A stretch of 64,000 nt of DNA from Chloroflexota bacterium (GCA_026708035.1 JAPOVQ010000013.1:9372-73371), one strand, 5' to 3'. Positions 28,816 through 38,393 are shown, numbered from the stretch's first letter. Program-made: numbers and translations. The notes: generated by a model from the sequence alone, not told the origin.

Positions 28816-31374
28816 ATGTCCACCGACCAGCCGGCCCTCAATCCCGCCTGGCCCGTGTTGCGCCGCTATCGCGGCGAGCACCTGCGGCGCGTGGCCATGC
28901 CCATCGGCGGCATCGGCACCGGCACCGTCTCGCTGGGCGGACGCGGCAATCTCCGCGACTGGGAAATCGTCAACCGCCCCGCCAAGGGCTTCGTCCCCAA
29001 CGTCCCCATCACGCGCAACATGACCGAGCCGCGCGCATTCTTCGCCGCCCGAGTTCAGGTCCAGGGCCATCCTCCTGTCACCCGACTGCTCGAAGGCGAT
29101 CTCGATCCGGTCGAATATGAAGGGACGCTGGGCTCCCCAGCGTCGCACCACGGCCTGCCGCGCTTTGCCGACGCCTCGTTTCACACCGCCTATCCGCTGG
29201 CGCAGGTGTGCTTGCGCGATCCCGATGTTCCCGTCGACCTCCGCCTCGAAGCGTTCAACCCGCTCATCCCCGGCCGCGCCGACGACAGCGGACTTCCCGT
29301 GGCGGTGCTGCGCTGGATGGCCGGCAACCCGTCGGACGTCCCGATGCAGGTTTCGGTCTGCGCCGTCCTGGCCAACTTCATCGGCACCGACGGAAAGCAC
29401 GGCCAGCCCAAGCGCAACGTCAACCGCTGGCGCCTGGGCAACGGCCTGCGCGGGCTCGACATGCGCTCCGACGGTGTGCCCGCCGACGCCGAGCAGTGGG
29501 GCACCCTGGCCCTCACGGTCCTCGACGCCCCTGACCAGACCGTCACCGCCCGCACCGCCTGGTACGACGTGCCCTGGGGCGACGCGCTGCTGGACTTCTG
29601 GGAGGACTTCAGCGCCGACGGCCGGCTAGACGATCGCCCGCCCGGCGCCGCCGATTCGCCCACGGCCTCACTCGCCGCAACGGTGGACCTGGCACCGGGC
29701 CAGGATCGCGCCGTCACCTTCCTGCTCGCCTGGCACTTCCCCAACCGCCTCACCTGGGACGTCATGCGCACCGGCGATGACCGCGCTGACTGGGTCGGCA
29801 ATCACTATGCCGCCCGCGTCCCGGACGCCTGGACCGCCGCCGAAGACGCCGCAGCCCGTCTGCCCGACCTCGAGCGCGACACGGTCCGGTTTGTGCGCGC
29901 CTTTTGTGACGCCGACATTCCCGACGCGATAAAGGAAGCCGCGCTCTTCAACCTCAGCACGCTGCGCTCCCAGACTGCCTTTCGCAGCGCCGACGGCGGC
30001 TTCTACGGCTTCGAGGGCTGCTTCGACGACGCCGGCGCGGGCTTCGGCACCTGCACCCACGTTTGGAACTACGAGCACGCCACGGGTTATCTCTTCGGCG
30101 ACCTGGCGCGGGGCATGCGCGACGTCGAGTTCAACGAGTCCACCGCCAGCGACGGCCACATGGAGTTCCGCGCGGCGCTCCCCCGCGGCCGCGCCTCCGC
30201 CTGGGGTCTGGCCGCCGCCGACGGCCAGCTTGGCTGCCTGGTCAAGCTCTACCGCGACTGGCAGCTCAGCGGTGACGACGACTTCCTGCGGCGCCTATGG
30301 CCCGGTGCGCGCCGCGCGCTCGAGTTCTGCTGGATCGAGGGCGGCTGGGACGCCGACCGCGACGGCGTCATGGAGGGCTGCCAGCACAACACCATGGACG
30401 TGGAGTACTTCGGCCCCAACCCCGAGATCGGCGGCTGGTATCTGGCGGCGCTGCGCGCGGGGGAGGAGATGGCCGCCCACGTCGGCGAGACCGAATTCGC
30501 CGCCGAGTGCCGCCGCCTCTTCGAGCAGGGACGCGCCTGGATCGACGCCAACCTCTTCAACGGCGACTACTTCGAGCACCAAATCCGACCGCAGCCGGAC
30601 CGCTCGCGCATCGCCCCGGGCCTGCGCCGGCCCGAGAAGTACGCCGCCCAGAACCTAGAAGACCCCGAGCACCAGGTGGGCAGCGGCTGTCTGGTCGGCC
30701 AGCTCGTCGGCCAGGCCGCCGCCCGCCTCGGCGGGCTCGGCCCGCTGCTCGATCCCGACCACGTGGCCGCGACGCTGCGGTCGATCATGCGCCACAATTT
30801 CCGCCCGTCGATGCGGGGCCACGTCAACCACTTCCGCAGCTACGCCCTCGCCGACGAGGCCGGCCTAGTCATCGCCGCCTATCCCCGCGGCGACCGCCCC
30901 GAGCGCCCCTTCCCCTACTGCAACGAGGTTTGGTCCGGCCTCGAATACACGGCCGCCGTCGGCATGCTGCAGGAGGGCCAGCCGGACGCCGCGCTGCAAG
31001 TGATCGAGGCCGTGCGCGCCCGCCACGACGGCGCGCGGCGCAATCCGTTCGACGAGCCGGAATACGGCCATCACTACGCCCGCGCCATGGCCGCCTGGGG
31101 TGCCGTGGTCGCCGTCGCCGGCTTCGGCTACTCCGCTGTCCGCGCCGAGATGCGCTTCGCCGCCGACCCCGGCACGGCCTTCTGGTCCAACGGCTCCGCC
31201 TGGGGCACCTGCACCCGCACCAAGAACGACCACGGCTGGCACGTGCGTCTGGACGTGCTCGGCGGCGAGGTCCGCCTGCGCGCCTTCGAGCTCACGGACG
31301 TCGGTCGCGTGGAGTTCGATGCCGGATGCGAGGTGCATCTGGACAGTCCGCTCACGCTTCACATACCTGCCTAG
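28816..31374 (+). CDS. GH116-family (GBA2-type beta-glucosidase / non-lysosomal glucosylceramidase-like) glycoside hydrolase.
   Basis: Track ORF 28579..31374 trimmed to MSTDQPALNPAWP. N-terminal RRVAMPIGGIGTGTVSLGGRGNLRDWEIVNRP matches the GH116 N-domain signature; the large C-terminal portion is consistent with a six-hairpin catalytic region. Confidence 0.6.
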   Translation: MSTDQPALNPAWPVLRRYRGEHLRRVAMPIGGIGTGTVSLGGRGNLRDWEIVNRPAKGFVPNVPITRNMTEPRAFFAARVQVQGHPPVTRLLEGDLDPVEYEGTLGSPASHHGLPRFADASFHTAYPLAQVCLRDPDVPVDLRLEAFNPLIPGRADDSGLPVAVLRWMAGNPSDVPMQVSVCAVLANFIGTDGKHGQPKRNVNRWRLGNGLRGLDMRSDGVPADAEQWGTLALTVLDAPDQTVTARTAWYDVPWGDALLDFWEDFSADGRLDDRPPGAADSPTASLAATVDLAPGQDRAVTFLLAWHFPNRLTWDVMRTGDDRADWVGNHYAARVPDAWTAAEDAAARLPDLERDTVRFVRAFCDADIPDAIKEAALFNLSTLRSQTAFRSADGGFYGFEGCFDDAGAGFGTCTHVWNYEHATGYLFGDLARGMRDVEFNESTASDGHMEFRAALPRGRASAWGLAAADGQLGCLVKLYRDWQLSGDDDFLRRLWPGARRALEFCWIEGGWDADRDGVMEGCQHNTMDVEYFGPNPEIGGWYLAALRAGEEMAAHVGETEFAAECRRLFEQGRAWIDANLFNGDYFEHQIRPQPDRSRIAPGLRRPEKYAAQNLEDPEHQVGSGCLVGQLVGQAAARLGGLGPLLDPDHVAATLRSIMRHNFRPSMRGHVNHFRSYALADEAGLVIAAYPRGDRPERPFPYCNEVWSGLEYTAAVGMLQEGQPDAALQVIEAVRARHDGARRNPFDEPEYGHHYARAMAAWGAVVAVAGFGYSAVRAEMRFAADPGTAFWSNGSAWGTCTRTKNDHGWHVRLDVLGGEVRLRAFELTDVGRVEFDAGCEVHLDSPLTLHIPA

Positions 31375-31389
31375 CGAGACCTTCGCGCA

Positions 31390-31445
31390 ACCCCTCCGTC
31401 ATTCCGGCGAAGGCCGGAAGCCAGGTCCGGGGCGGCCGGGTCCCA
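31390..31445. repeat. Module A palindromic repeat copy downstream of the GH116 gene.
   Basis: cgtcattccggcgaaggccggaagccaggtccggg. Confidence 0.7.
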
Positions 31446-31536
31446 GTCGGACACCTGAAACGGATGGTCCGAGACTCCTCGCTTCACTCGGAGATTCTGT
31501 ATTCGGCCGTGAAGGATCTTCAGGTAGTTGGCTCGG

Positions 31537-31612
31537 TGGCCCGCGCTGCGTGCAGCGTGGGACCGGCCGTGATCGTGTCTCCCAGGCTGCACGCAGCCTG
31601 GGCCACTGGGTA
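31537..31612. repeat. Module C palindromic repeat (hairpin-forming), inserted within the hicA region.
   Basis: ggtggcccgcgctgcgtgcagcgtgggaccggccgtgatcgtgtctcccaggctgcacgcagcctgggccactggg. The arms cccgcgctgcgtgcagcgtggga / tcccaggctgcacgcagcctggg are near reverse complements. A near-identical copy lies at 47095..47175. Confidence 0.75.
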
Positions 31613-31613
31613 G

Positions 31614-31775
31614 TCACCGTCGCCGATCGCACCTTTAGGTGCGAACATGCACCATGCCGAGCCGAGTCTCTACGTCGGCTCCCGCTTCACCACGGTGAAG
31701 CAAGGCGAACTGTCGAGGGGTCTGGTTGCCGCAATGCTTTGGCAACTGAACATTGACCGGGAGGAGTTTTTGACC
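31614..31775 (+). pseudogene. HicA-like toxin remnant (C-terminal part), N-terminally truncated at the repeat insertion and fused in-frame to hicB.
   Basis: The frame upstream of HicB reads ..HHAEPSLYVGSRFTTVKQGELSRGLVAAMLWQLNIDREEF. This resembles HicA C-termini (..GSHxxYxHP..RvTVp.HsGdLppGlfrkILrdtGLTEEDF). The frame is closed by TAG at ~31611-13, exactly at the end of the module C repeat. Confidence 0.3.
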
Positions 31776-32204
31776 ATGACCTACGCCTACCCCTGCGAGC
31801 TCACGCCGGTGGACGACGGCAGCCTGATTGCCACCTTTCCGGATGTCCCGGAAGCCATTTCCGGCGGCGCGGACCGTTCCGAAGCCCTGGCGATGGCCGA
31901 GGACGCCCTCGCCGCGGCCCTGGCCGGCTACGTGCATGAAAAGCGGGAGATCCCCGCGCCCAGCGAAGCGGTAGAAGGTCAGGCGTTGGTCCCCGTGTCT
32001 CCGGTCGTGGCCGCCAAGCTCGCGCTGTATTCGGCCATGCGAACGCAGCGCATCACCAAGGTCGAACTCGCCCGCCGGCTGGGCATCAGCGAGTCGGCCG
32101 CGCGCAAGCTCACCAACCCGGACCATCGCTCCCACGTCAGCCAGGTCCACAAGGCGCTCAGGGCCCTAGGGCGCAGCCTGAGGGTCGAAGTCACCGCCGC
32201 CTGA
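31776..32204 (+). CDS. hicB: HicB-family antitoxin (type II toxin-antitoxin).
   Basis: Track ORF 31647..32204 trimmed to MTYAYPCELTPVDDGSLIATFPDVPEAISGGADRSEALAMAEDALAAALAGYVHEKREIPAPSE (HicB RNase-H-like fold N-domain) plus a C-terminal HTH region. GGGAGGAG RBS 9 nt upstream. Confidence 0.65.
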   Translation: MTYAYPCELTPVDDGSLIATFPDVPEAISGGADRSEALAMAEDALAAALAGYVHEKREIPAPSEAVEGQALVPVSPVVAAKLALYSAMRTQRITKVELARRLGISESAARKLTNPDHRSHVSQVHKALRALGRSLRVEVTAA

Positions 32205-32366
32205 CGGCGAAGAGCCGCCGGGAATCACCTGACGCTTTACTTTGCGTTCGAGCGCCAGATCGAATGATCTGCGGCCAGAATTCCAGCGCTCTTGTCATTA
32301 GCAGGTCTTACATGCTGTCATTGCTATGCCATAATCCACGACACCAACTTGATCCGCGAGACGACA

Positions 32367-32702
32367 ATGGCATTGCTCGCAGAGCGCCTGGGGCAGGTAG
32401 CAACGGAACTGCGTCTCGATCAGGCTGACTTGGCGCGAATCCTTGGGGCGAGTCCCCGCACCGTGGCGCGCTGGCTCCAGGAAGAAACTGCGCCGCGAAG
32501 AGATACGCGCGAGCGCATACTGGAGCTCGTCGCGGTGTTGAACGCCTTGTCGAAGACCGTCCACGGGCAGGCCGCCTACGACTGGCTCTATTCACCGATT
32601 CCGGCTCTCGAGCATCGAAAGCCCGCCGATCTCCTCGCCCAAGGCCGCTACCGCGAAGTATTGGGCGCGATCGACGCGTTGGCCGAAGGGGTGTTTGTCT
32701 AG
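32367..32702 (+). CDS. Xre-family/DUF2384 antitoxin (MbcA/ParS-like) partner of the RES toxin.
   Basis: Track ORF 32292..32702 trimmed to MALLAERLGQVATELRLDQADLARILGASPRTVARWLQEE... (HTH) and a C-terminal AAYDWLYSPIPALEHRKPADLLAQGRYREVLGAIDALAEGV typical of DUF2384. Confidence 0.65.
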   Translation: MALLAERLGQVATELRLDQADLARILGASPRTVARWLQEETAPRRDTRERILELVAVLNALSKTVHGQAAYDWLYSPIPALEHRKPADLLAQGRYREVLGAIDALAEGVFV

Positions 32703-32707
32703 CCGTC

Positions 32708-33247
32708 GTGTTGGACCCGCGGATCGTCGAACGCATCGATTCGATCGAGCCAGTTGGTTTTGGCGGCCGCGCCTATCGGCACGTTTCCCCGACACACTCG
32801 TCCATGTCGGGCGAAGGCGCCCGGCTACACGGCGGACGGTGGAACCCACCAAGGAGCTTTCCCACGCTCTACCTGGCGCTGGACCGTCCCACGATGTTGG
32901 CGGAACTGAAGCGTACGGCGCTCAGATTCGGAATTCCGCCCGAGAGTTTGCTGCCGCGAGCGGTCTATCGCTTCTACATAGCGCTCCACCATTGTCTCGA
33001 CCTGCGGGATGCGAGCGGCCGGGAGGCTGTGGGTCTGAGTCTCGATGCCATTCGCAGCGACGACTTGCGGCGATGTCGAAAGGTCGCAACGGCGGCGCAC
33101 TACCTCGGTCTCGAAGGATTGCTGGCGCCGTCCGCCACGGGCGCGGGTTTCACGATCGCCATCTTCACGGACCGGCTCCGGCCGGACTCATGCATAGAGC
33201 CGGGCGATGCCGAGATTCTGAACGCGCTGCCCCAACCCTGGACCTGA
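32708..33247 (+). CDS. RES-domain toxin (MbcT/Res-type, putative NAD+-targeting).
   Basis: GGRAYRHVSPTHSSMSGEGARLHGGRWNPPRSFPTLYLALDRPTMLAEL fits the R..E..S domain layout. GTG start 5 nt after the antitoxin stop. Confidence 0.65.
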   Translation: MLDPRIVERIDSIEPVGFGGRAYRHVSPTHSSMSGEGARLHGGRWNPPRSFPTLYLALDRPTMLAELKRTALRFGIPPESLLPRAVYRFYIALHHCLDLRDASGREAVGLSLDAIRSDDLRRCRKVATAAHYLGLEGLLAPSATGAGFTIAIFTDRLRPDSCIEPGDAEILNALPQPWT

Positions 33248-33436
33248 TCCCAAGTCGCGTTGGCCTCGCCGCGCAGCGGAAGCAGGGATCGGAGAGCCGC
33301 ACCGAAATGCCAACCGCCATCAGCGGCTCGCACAGATTGCAAGTAGTACTTTCAATCTGCGCAGCCGCTCGGCTAACTGGGCCGTTCAGCCATGATCGCC
33401 TGCACAACGGGCGCGGCGATCGGCCGCCCGCCTACC

Positions 33437-34738
33437 TCATTCCGGCACCGGCATCTCCGCCAGCATCTCGTCCGTGATGTAGCGACCCAGCCCGAACACC
33501 TTGCGGTCCGAGTACCAGAAGATCCGCTCGCCGTTCAGCTCCGTCAGGCTGGCGTACATCGAGAGCCACCATTTGTAGAACGGCGGCACGCCCACGCAGT
33601 TGGTGTCAAAGAGCAGCACTGGGTCGCTGAACCAGATCGGCTGATGCGCGTCGGGGCGGTACTCGCCCAGCGAAATGAACTGCGGCCGGCGGCTGCTGTT
33701 CGAGTCGCCGATGCCTACCGAGCCATAGCCCCACCCGTCGTGATTCTGGAGCAGCTGGAGATAGCGGCCGTCGTTGAGGCGGTAGAGCGGCGTCGGGGAC
33801 ACCGGGTTCTCCATCGGCTCGCCGCCATCCCTGTACCGGAGCATCTCCGTGGGCCGCCACGAGTGGCCGTGGTCGTCCGAAACCGTGTACCAGATCTGCC
33901 CATTGCGCGTGCGCATCACCGTCATCAGCCGGTCGTCCGGCAGCAGCACCGGCGCCGGCTCCTGGCAGAACGACGAGCCTTCCGGGGCGTCCGGGTCGCT
34001 TTCGAGCGGCACGGTGATCAGCTCTTCGTCGTCCGGCAGCCAGGTGATCTTCACGTCGCGCGGATCCGGGTCCTCGTCGATGTTGTCGAAGCGCATGAAC
34101 TGGCAGCGGCAGTCGCTGCGGTAGTACTGCACCTTGCCGTCCGGCCGGCGCACCCCGGTTACCTGCCGCGCCGCCGGCGAGGCCCACTCGGTGTAGCCCA
34201 CCAGGACCCGGTCCAGCGCGTCCCGGATCGGCTTCTGCCACACGATGGAGTTTGTGCCAATGCTCGGGTCGGGATGGCTCAGGATCGTGCGCCGGTAGGA
34301 AATGTCCACGCCGCCCGGCGTCCAGGTGCGGCCGTCGTCGTCGGAGTAGCTGCAGCGCAGAAAGCTGGTCTGATAGCTGAGCCCGACGCCCGTCCCCTTG
34401 TTGTAGAAGGCATAGATGCGGCCCGTGCGGCTGATCACCGGAAACCCGAAGCACGTCGCCTGGCCGGGCTTGGGTCCCGGCGGGTCGAACTCGCCCGGCT
34501 CGGACCAGCTGCGCCCGCCGTCCTCACTGCGCGCGTAGAGCACCGTGTGGTCCGAGGCGTCCTGCTTGGTGCCATAGGTCCAGATGGCCAGCAGATCGCC
34601 GCCCGGCGTCTCGGACACCAGCACGTGGTCCACCGCCTCCACCCACTCCGGCGGCTGCTTGGGCAGGAAGAAGACCAGGTCAGGATTCGTGCGGCGCCAA
34701 TCGTCGCTAAAGCACTCGTAGTCGCCCTCGACCGGCAT
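33437..34738 (-). CDS. BNR-repeat (sialidase/exo-alpha-sialidase-like six-bladed propeller) glycoside hydrolase, paralog A.
   Basis: MPVEGDYECFSDDWRRTNPDL..; BNR Asp-boxes SEDGGRSW, SDDDGRTW, SDDHGHSW. 45-50% identical by eye to 37022..38320. Confidence 0.6.
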   Translation of the reverse strand: MPVEGDYECFSDDWRRTNPDLVFFLPKQPPEWVEAVDHVLVSETPGGDLLAIWTYGTKQDASDHTVLYARSEDGGRSWSEPGEFDPPGPKPGQATCFGFPVISRTGRIYAFYNKGTGVGLSYQTSFLRCSYSDDDGRTWTPGGVDISYRRTILSHPDPSIGTNSIVWQKPIRDALDRVLVGYTEWASPAARQVTGVRRPDGKVQYYRSDCRCQFMRFDNIDEDPDPRDVKITWLPDDEELITVPLESDPDAPEGSSFCQEPAPVLLPDDRLMTVMRTRNGQIWYTVSDDHGHSWRPTEMLRYRDGGEPMENPVSPTPLYRLNDGRYLQLLQNHDGWGYGSVGIGDSNSSRRPQFISLGEYRPDAHQPIWFSDPVLLFDTNCVGVPPFYKWWLSMYASLTELNGERIFWYSDRKVFGLGRYITDEMLAEMPVPE

Positions 34739-34898
34739 GACACACCCCGCTCACCATCACCCCGGACGCGCTCCGTCCGGCTAGCCGCAGCCTAGTCCGT
34801 CCCAAGCAGCGGCGCGAACGATTCAGCGCCCCTCACGTCCGCGTTCCCACGCGGGTACGATGCGCGGCACGTGGTGGCGGAGGCGTGGGGGTGGCGTG

Positions 34899-37001
34899 AT
34901 GGCGCAGGACAACCGATTCGGCATCCCCGGCGTGCCGTTTCCCGTCGGGGTGGAGTACTACCGCCCGCCCACGCCCAAGCCCGAGGTCTGGGACGAGGAC
35001 TTTGCGCGACTCAGCGCCGCCGGGTTGCGCGTCGTGCGCTCGTTCCCTTACTGGCAGTGGTTCGAGCCGAGCCCCGGCGTCTACGAGATGGACGACATCG
35101 ACCTGCTTTTCGACACCGCCGAGAAGCACGGGCTCTACGTCTGGCTGGACGTGCCCACGGCCACTCACGGCGCCGGTCCCGACTGGCTGCTGCGCCACTA
35201 CCCCGACATGCAAGTCGTCAACTACCGCAACGAGCTGGTCGTGCAGGACGCGCACCCGGCCTATGCCCAGGGCGCCCAGGTCCATTGCTTCGATCACCCC
35301 GAGTTTCGCCGCCTGGCCGGCGACTTCCTGCGGCACGCCATCAACCGCTACAAGGACCGGCCCAATCTGCTGATCTGGGGCATCTGGGACGGACCGAACC
35401 TGTCGTCGGCCTGGGCGGCCCAGGGCGGTGGTTTCCCCTGCTACTGCGTGCACACGTTGGCGCTCTACAAGGCCTGGCTGCGGAAGCAATTCACCCTGGA
35501 CGAGCTCAACGTGGTGTTCGACCGCCGCTTCCGCCGCTGGGAGGACGTCGAGCCGCCGCGCTCCAACCGCAACGTCGTCGAGATGCGCTGGTACCGGCGC
35601 TTCCATCACGAGAACATCGCCGACTATCTGAAGTGGATGATGGACCTGGCGAACTCTATCGACCCCGTGCACGAAAAGCGCGCCCACGGCGGCTGGCGGC
35701 CGCAGCCGAAGGACGAGTACTGCGCCCCGCTGGTCGACAGCTGGGGCATGTCCATGTCGTCCAACCACCTGCTGACCGTGGACGACCCGAACTTCATCGC
35801 CGACCGGGCCCTCGGCTTCGACTGGTCACGCCAGGTGGGGCGCAACGGGCGCTGGTGGAACGAGGAGATCTACGCCGGCATGTCGCGCGGTGGCGTGACC
35901 TGGAAGAAGCAGTCGCACCCCTGTGAACAGACCATGCTGCTCTGGATGACGCTGATCGGCGGCGCGGCCGGCGCCATGTTCTGGCAGTACCGGCCCGAAT
36001 ACCTGAGCTTCGAGTCGCCCGGCTACAACATGGTGGCGCTGGACGGCGAGCCCACGCCCCGTTTCCGAGCGGTGGTCGAGGCCCTGGAGCAGATTGAGGG
36101 GCTGAGCGATCACCTGCCGCTGGAGGTACCGCGCGCCGACGTGGCCATCGTCTACGACGCCCACGCGCACGAGCTGTTCCAATTCGGCGAGCAGGACGAG
36201 CGCTTCATGGCCGACTTTCGCGGCGTCTACCGCACGCTCTGGCTGCGGGGAATCCCGGCGGACCCGGTCACGCCCAAGATGGACTGGTCCGGTTACCGGC
36301 TGCTGGTGCTGCCGAACGTGGCGCTGATGGACGACGCGACGCGCGACCGCCTGGCGCGCACGCTCGACGAAGACCCTGAGGTCCAGGTGCTGATCGAGGG
36401 CAGCTTCGGCACCTACTCGCATGACGGCCAGTCCAGCTACAACCCGCCCGAGGGCTTCGCCGACCGGATCGGCGTGCGCGTGGCGGACCTCTCGGCAGTC
36501 ACCGAGACCGACATCGCAAACGGGCGCAACGTCCTCGAGACGCCCCACGGCCCGGTACCCGTCACGACCACGTGCGGCTACGCCATCCTCGAACCTCAGG
36601 GCTCGACCGAAGCCATCGCCCATCTGGGTGATCAGACGGTTGCCGTGCGCAGCGGAGACGGCCGCATCACCTGGTACGGCCTCACCCTGTCCGCGGGATT
36701 CGACGACGTCGCCATTCCCGCCGTCGTGCAGGGCGCGGTCGACGACGCGGGCGTCAGCGCCCCGGTCGACGTCGACGGCGACCCCATCGTGCCGGTTCTC
36801 AGGCGATCGAAGCAGGGCGGTTGGCTCATCTTCACGCAGAACCTGTCGCGGCAGGGGGCCTCGGCCACGCTGCGTCCGGCTTGGCCGGTGTCGGAGGTCA
36901 CGGACCTTATCGCGCACGCCCCGGTCGCCATCGATGACAGCGGCTTCCAGGTCACCATGGAGCCCTGGAGCGTCGGCGTGTTCCACTGCAACGAGGCCTA
37001 G
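34899..37001 (+). CDS. GH42-family beta-galactosidase.
   Basis: Track ORF 34860..37001 trimmed to MAQDNRFGIPGVPFPVGVEYYRPPTPKPEVWDEDFARLSAAGLRVVRSFPYWQWFEPSPGVYEMDDIDLL (GH42 N-terminal TIM-barrel signature). The size, ~700 aa, fits GH42. Confidence 0.7.
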   Translation: MAQDNRFGIPGVPFPVGVEYYRPPTPKPEVWDEDFARLSAAGLRVVRSFPYWQWFEPSPGVYEMDDIDLLFDTAEKHGLYVWLDVPTATHGAGPDWLLRHYPDMQVVNYRNELVVQDAHPAYAQGAQVHCFDHPEFRRLAGDFLRHAINRYKDRPNLLIWGIWDGPNLSSAWAAQGGGFPCYCVHTLALYKAWLRKQFTLDELNVVFDRRFRRWEDVEPPRSNRNVVEMRWYRRFHHENIADYLKWMMDLANSIDPVHEKRAHGGWRPQPKDEYCAPLVDSWGMSMSSNHLLTVDDPNFIADRALGFDWSRQVGRNGRWWNEEIYAGMSRGGVTWKKQSHPCEQTMLLWMTLIGGAAGAMFWQYRPEYLSFESPGYNMVALDGEPTPRFRAVVEALEQIEGLSDHLPLEVPRADVAIVYDAHAHELFQFGEQDERFMADFRGVYRTLWLRGIPADPVTPKMDWSGYRLLVLPNVALMDDATRDRLARTLDEDPEVQVLIEGSFGTYSHDGQSSYNPPEGFADRIGVRVADLSAVTETDIANGRNVLETPHGPVPVTTTCGYAILEPQGSTEAIAHLGDQTVAVRSGDGRITWYGLTLSAGFDDVAIPAVVQGAVDDAGVSAPVDVDGDPIVPVLRRSKQGGWLIFTQNLSRQGASATLRPAWPVSEVTDLIAHAPVAIDDSGFQVTMEPWSVGVFHCNEA

Positions 37002-37021
37002 CCGAAGAGAGGAAAGCGCCA

Positions 37022-38320
37022 ATGCCGGTTGAAGGCGACTACGCCTGCTACAGCAAGGATTGGCGGCGCACGGACCCGGACCTGGTGCTCCACCTGCCCA
37101 CGCGGGTGCCCGAACACCCCGAGCACCAGGACCACGTGCTGGTGGACTACACGCCGGGCGGCGACCTGCTCGCCATCTGGACCCTGGCCTATGAGCCGGA
37201 CGCACGCGACTACGGCGTCTACTTCGCCCGCAGCTCGGATCACGGCCACACCTGGACCGAGCCGGCGCAGATTCACGAGGCCGGGACGGCCGGCCAGGTC
37301 AGCAGCTTCGGCTTTCCCGTCATTGCGTCCAGCGGGCGCATCTACTGCTACTACAACCGGTCCGTCGGCTACGGCGAGAACGCTCTCAACGCCGTGCTGC
37401 GCTGTCGCTACTCCGACGACGACGGCCACACCTGGATCGACGGCGGCGTCGACATCGAGTACCGCCGCACGCCCATCGATCATCCCGATCCCACGGTTCC
37501 GCCCATGGGGATCGTCTGGCAGAAGCCGATTCGCGACGCCAAGGGGCGCCACGTGGTGGCGTTCACCCGCTGGGCCGCGCAGTACATCACGCCCAAGCCC
37601 TACGTGCCGCACATGGGCGACCGGCCCAACGGCATGTTCCGCGAGTTTCGCTGCGAGTTCCTGCGCTTCGAAAACATCGACGAGGGACCGGACCCCACTG
37701 ACGTGCAGATCACCTGGCTGCCCGAGGACGAGAACCTGATCCAGGTGCCGGTCAGCTTCGAGCCGCAGGCCTCCGACGGCTACACCTTCTGCGAGGAGCC
37801 GGGGCTGGTGCTGCTGCCGGACGGCCGCCTGTTCGCCGAGATGCGCACCGCCAACGGCGAGCTCTGGTACACGGTGTCGGACGACGCCGAGGCGCTCACC
37901 TGGCGTCCCACCGAGGTCCTGCGCTTTCGCGATGGCGGAGAGCCCATGCTCAACCCCAACTCGCCGTCGCCGATGTATCGGTTGGAGGACGGGCGCTACC
38001 TGCTCCTCTTCCAAAACCACGACGGCTGGGGCTATGGCGGCAAGGGACCGCTCGCGTTAGAGAGCCGCCGCCCGCAGTTCCTGGCCGTCGGCGAGTACCG
38101 GCCGGAGGCCCATCAGCCGGTGTGGTTCAGCGAGCCGCTGCTGCTGTTCGACACGCACAAGGTGGGCGTCTTTCCGCTCTTCATGTGGTGGCTGTCCATG
38201 TATTCCAGCCTCACCGAGCGCGACGGGCGCCGCATCCTCTGGTACACCGACCGCAAGCTGTTCTCGCTGGGCAAATACATCACCGACGAGATGCTGGAGC
38301 CGCTGACAGTCCCGGTGTGA
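37022..38320 (+). CDS. BNR-repeat sialidase-like glycoside hydrolase, paralog B.
   Basis: MPVEGDYACYSKDWRRTDPDL..; Asp-boxes SSDHGHTW, SDDDGHTW, SDDAEALTW. Starts 21 nt after the GH42 stop. Confidence 0.6.
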   Translation: MPVEGDYACYSKDWRRTDPDLVLHLPTRVPEHPEHQDHVLVDYTPGGDLLAIWTLAYEPDARDYGVYFARSSDHGHTWTEPAQIHEAGTAGQVSSFGFPVIASSGRIYCYYNRSVGYGENALNAVLRCRYSDDDGHTWIDGGVDIEYRRTPIDHPDPTVPPMGIVWQKPIRDAKGRHVVAFTRWAAQYITPKPYVPHMGDRPNGMFREFRCEFLRFENIDEGPDPTDVQITWLPEDENLIQVPVSFEPQASDGYTFCEEPGLVLLPDGRLFAEMRTANGELWYTVSDDAEALTWRPTEVLRFRDGGEPMLNPNSPSPMYRLEDGRYLLLFQNHDGWGYGGKGPLALESRRPQFLAVGEYRPEAHQPVWFSEPLLLFDTHKVGVFPLFMWWLSMYSSLTERDGRRILWYTDRKLFSLGKYITDEMLEPLTVPV

Positions 38321-38393
38321 CGCGCTCGCGGCATTGACAGGGAGCGGCTCGGCCGGTACGCCATAGCCGCACCACCACCGAGATCAGCGCCTG

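Noticed and set aside
30297-31613. 438 aa Arg/Pro-rich plus ORF, 29117..29629 and 28687..29400
   Set aside because: Alternate frames or antisense of the GH116-like gene 28816..31374. The tail of 30297..31613 is a translated repeat element.
33392-34795. 467 aa plus-strand ORF
   Set aside because: Antisense to the BNR-repeat gene 33437..34738, whose Asp-box repeats identify the true strand.
34871-35926. 351 aa plus ORF and 34833..35768 / 35826..37205 minus ORFs
   Set aside because: Alternate frame or antisense of the GH42 gene, which has clear family motifs.
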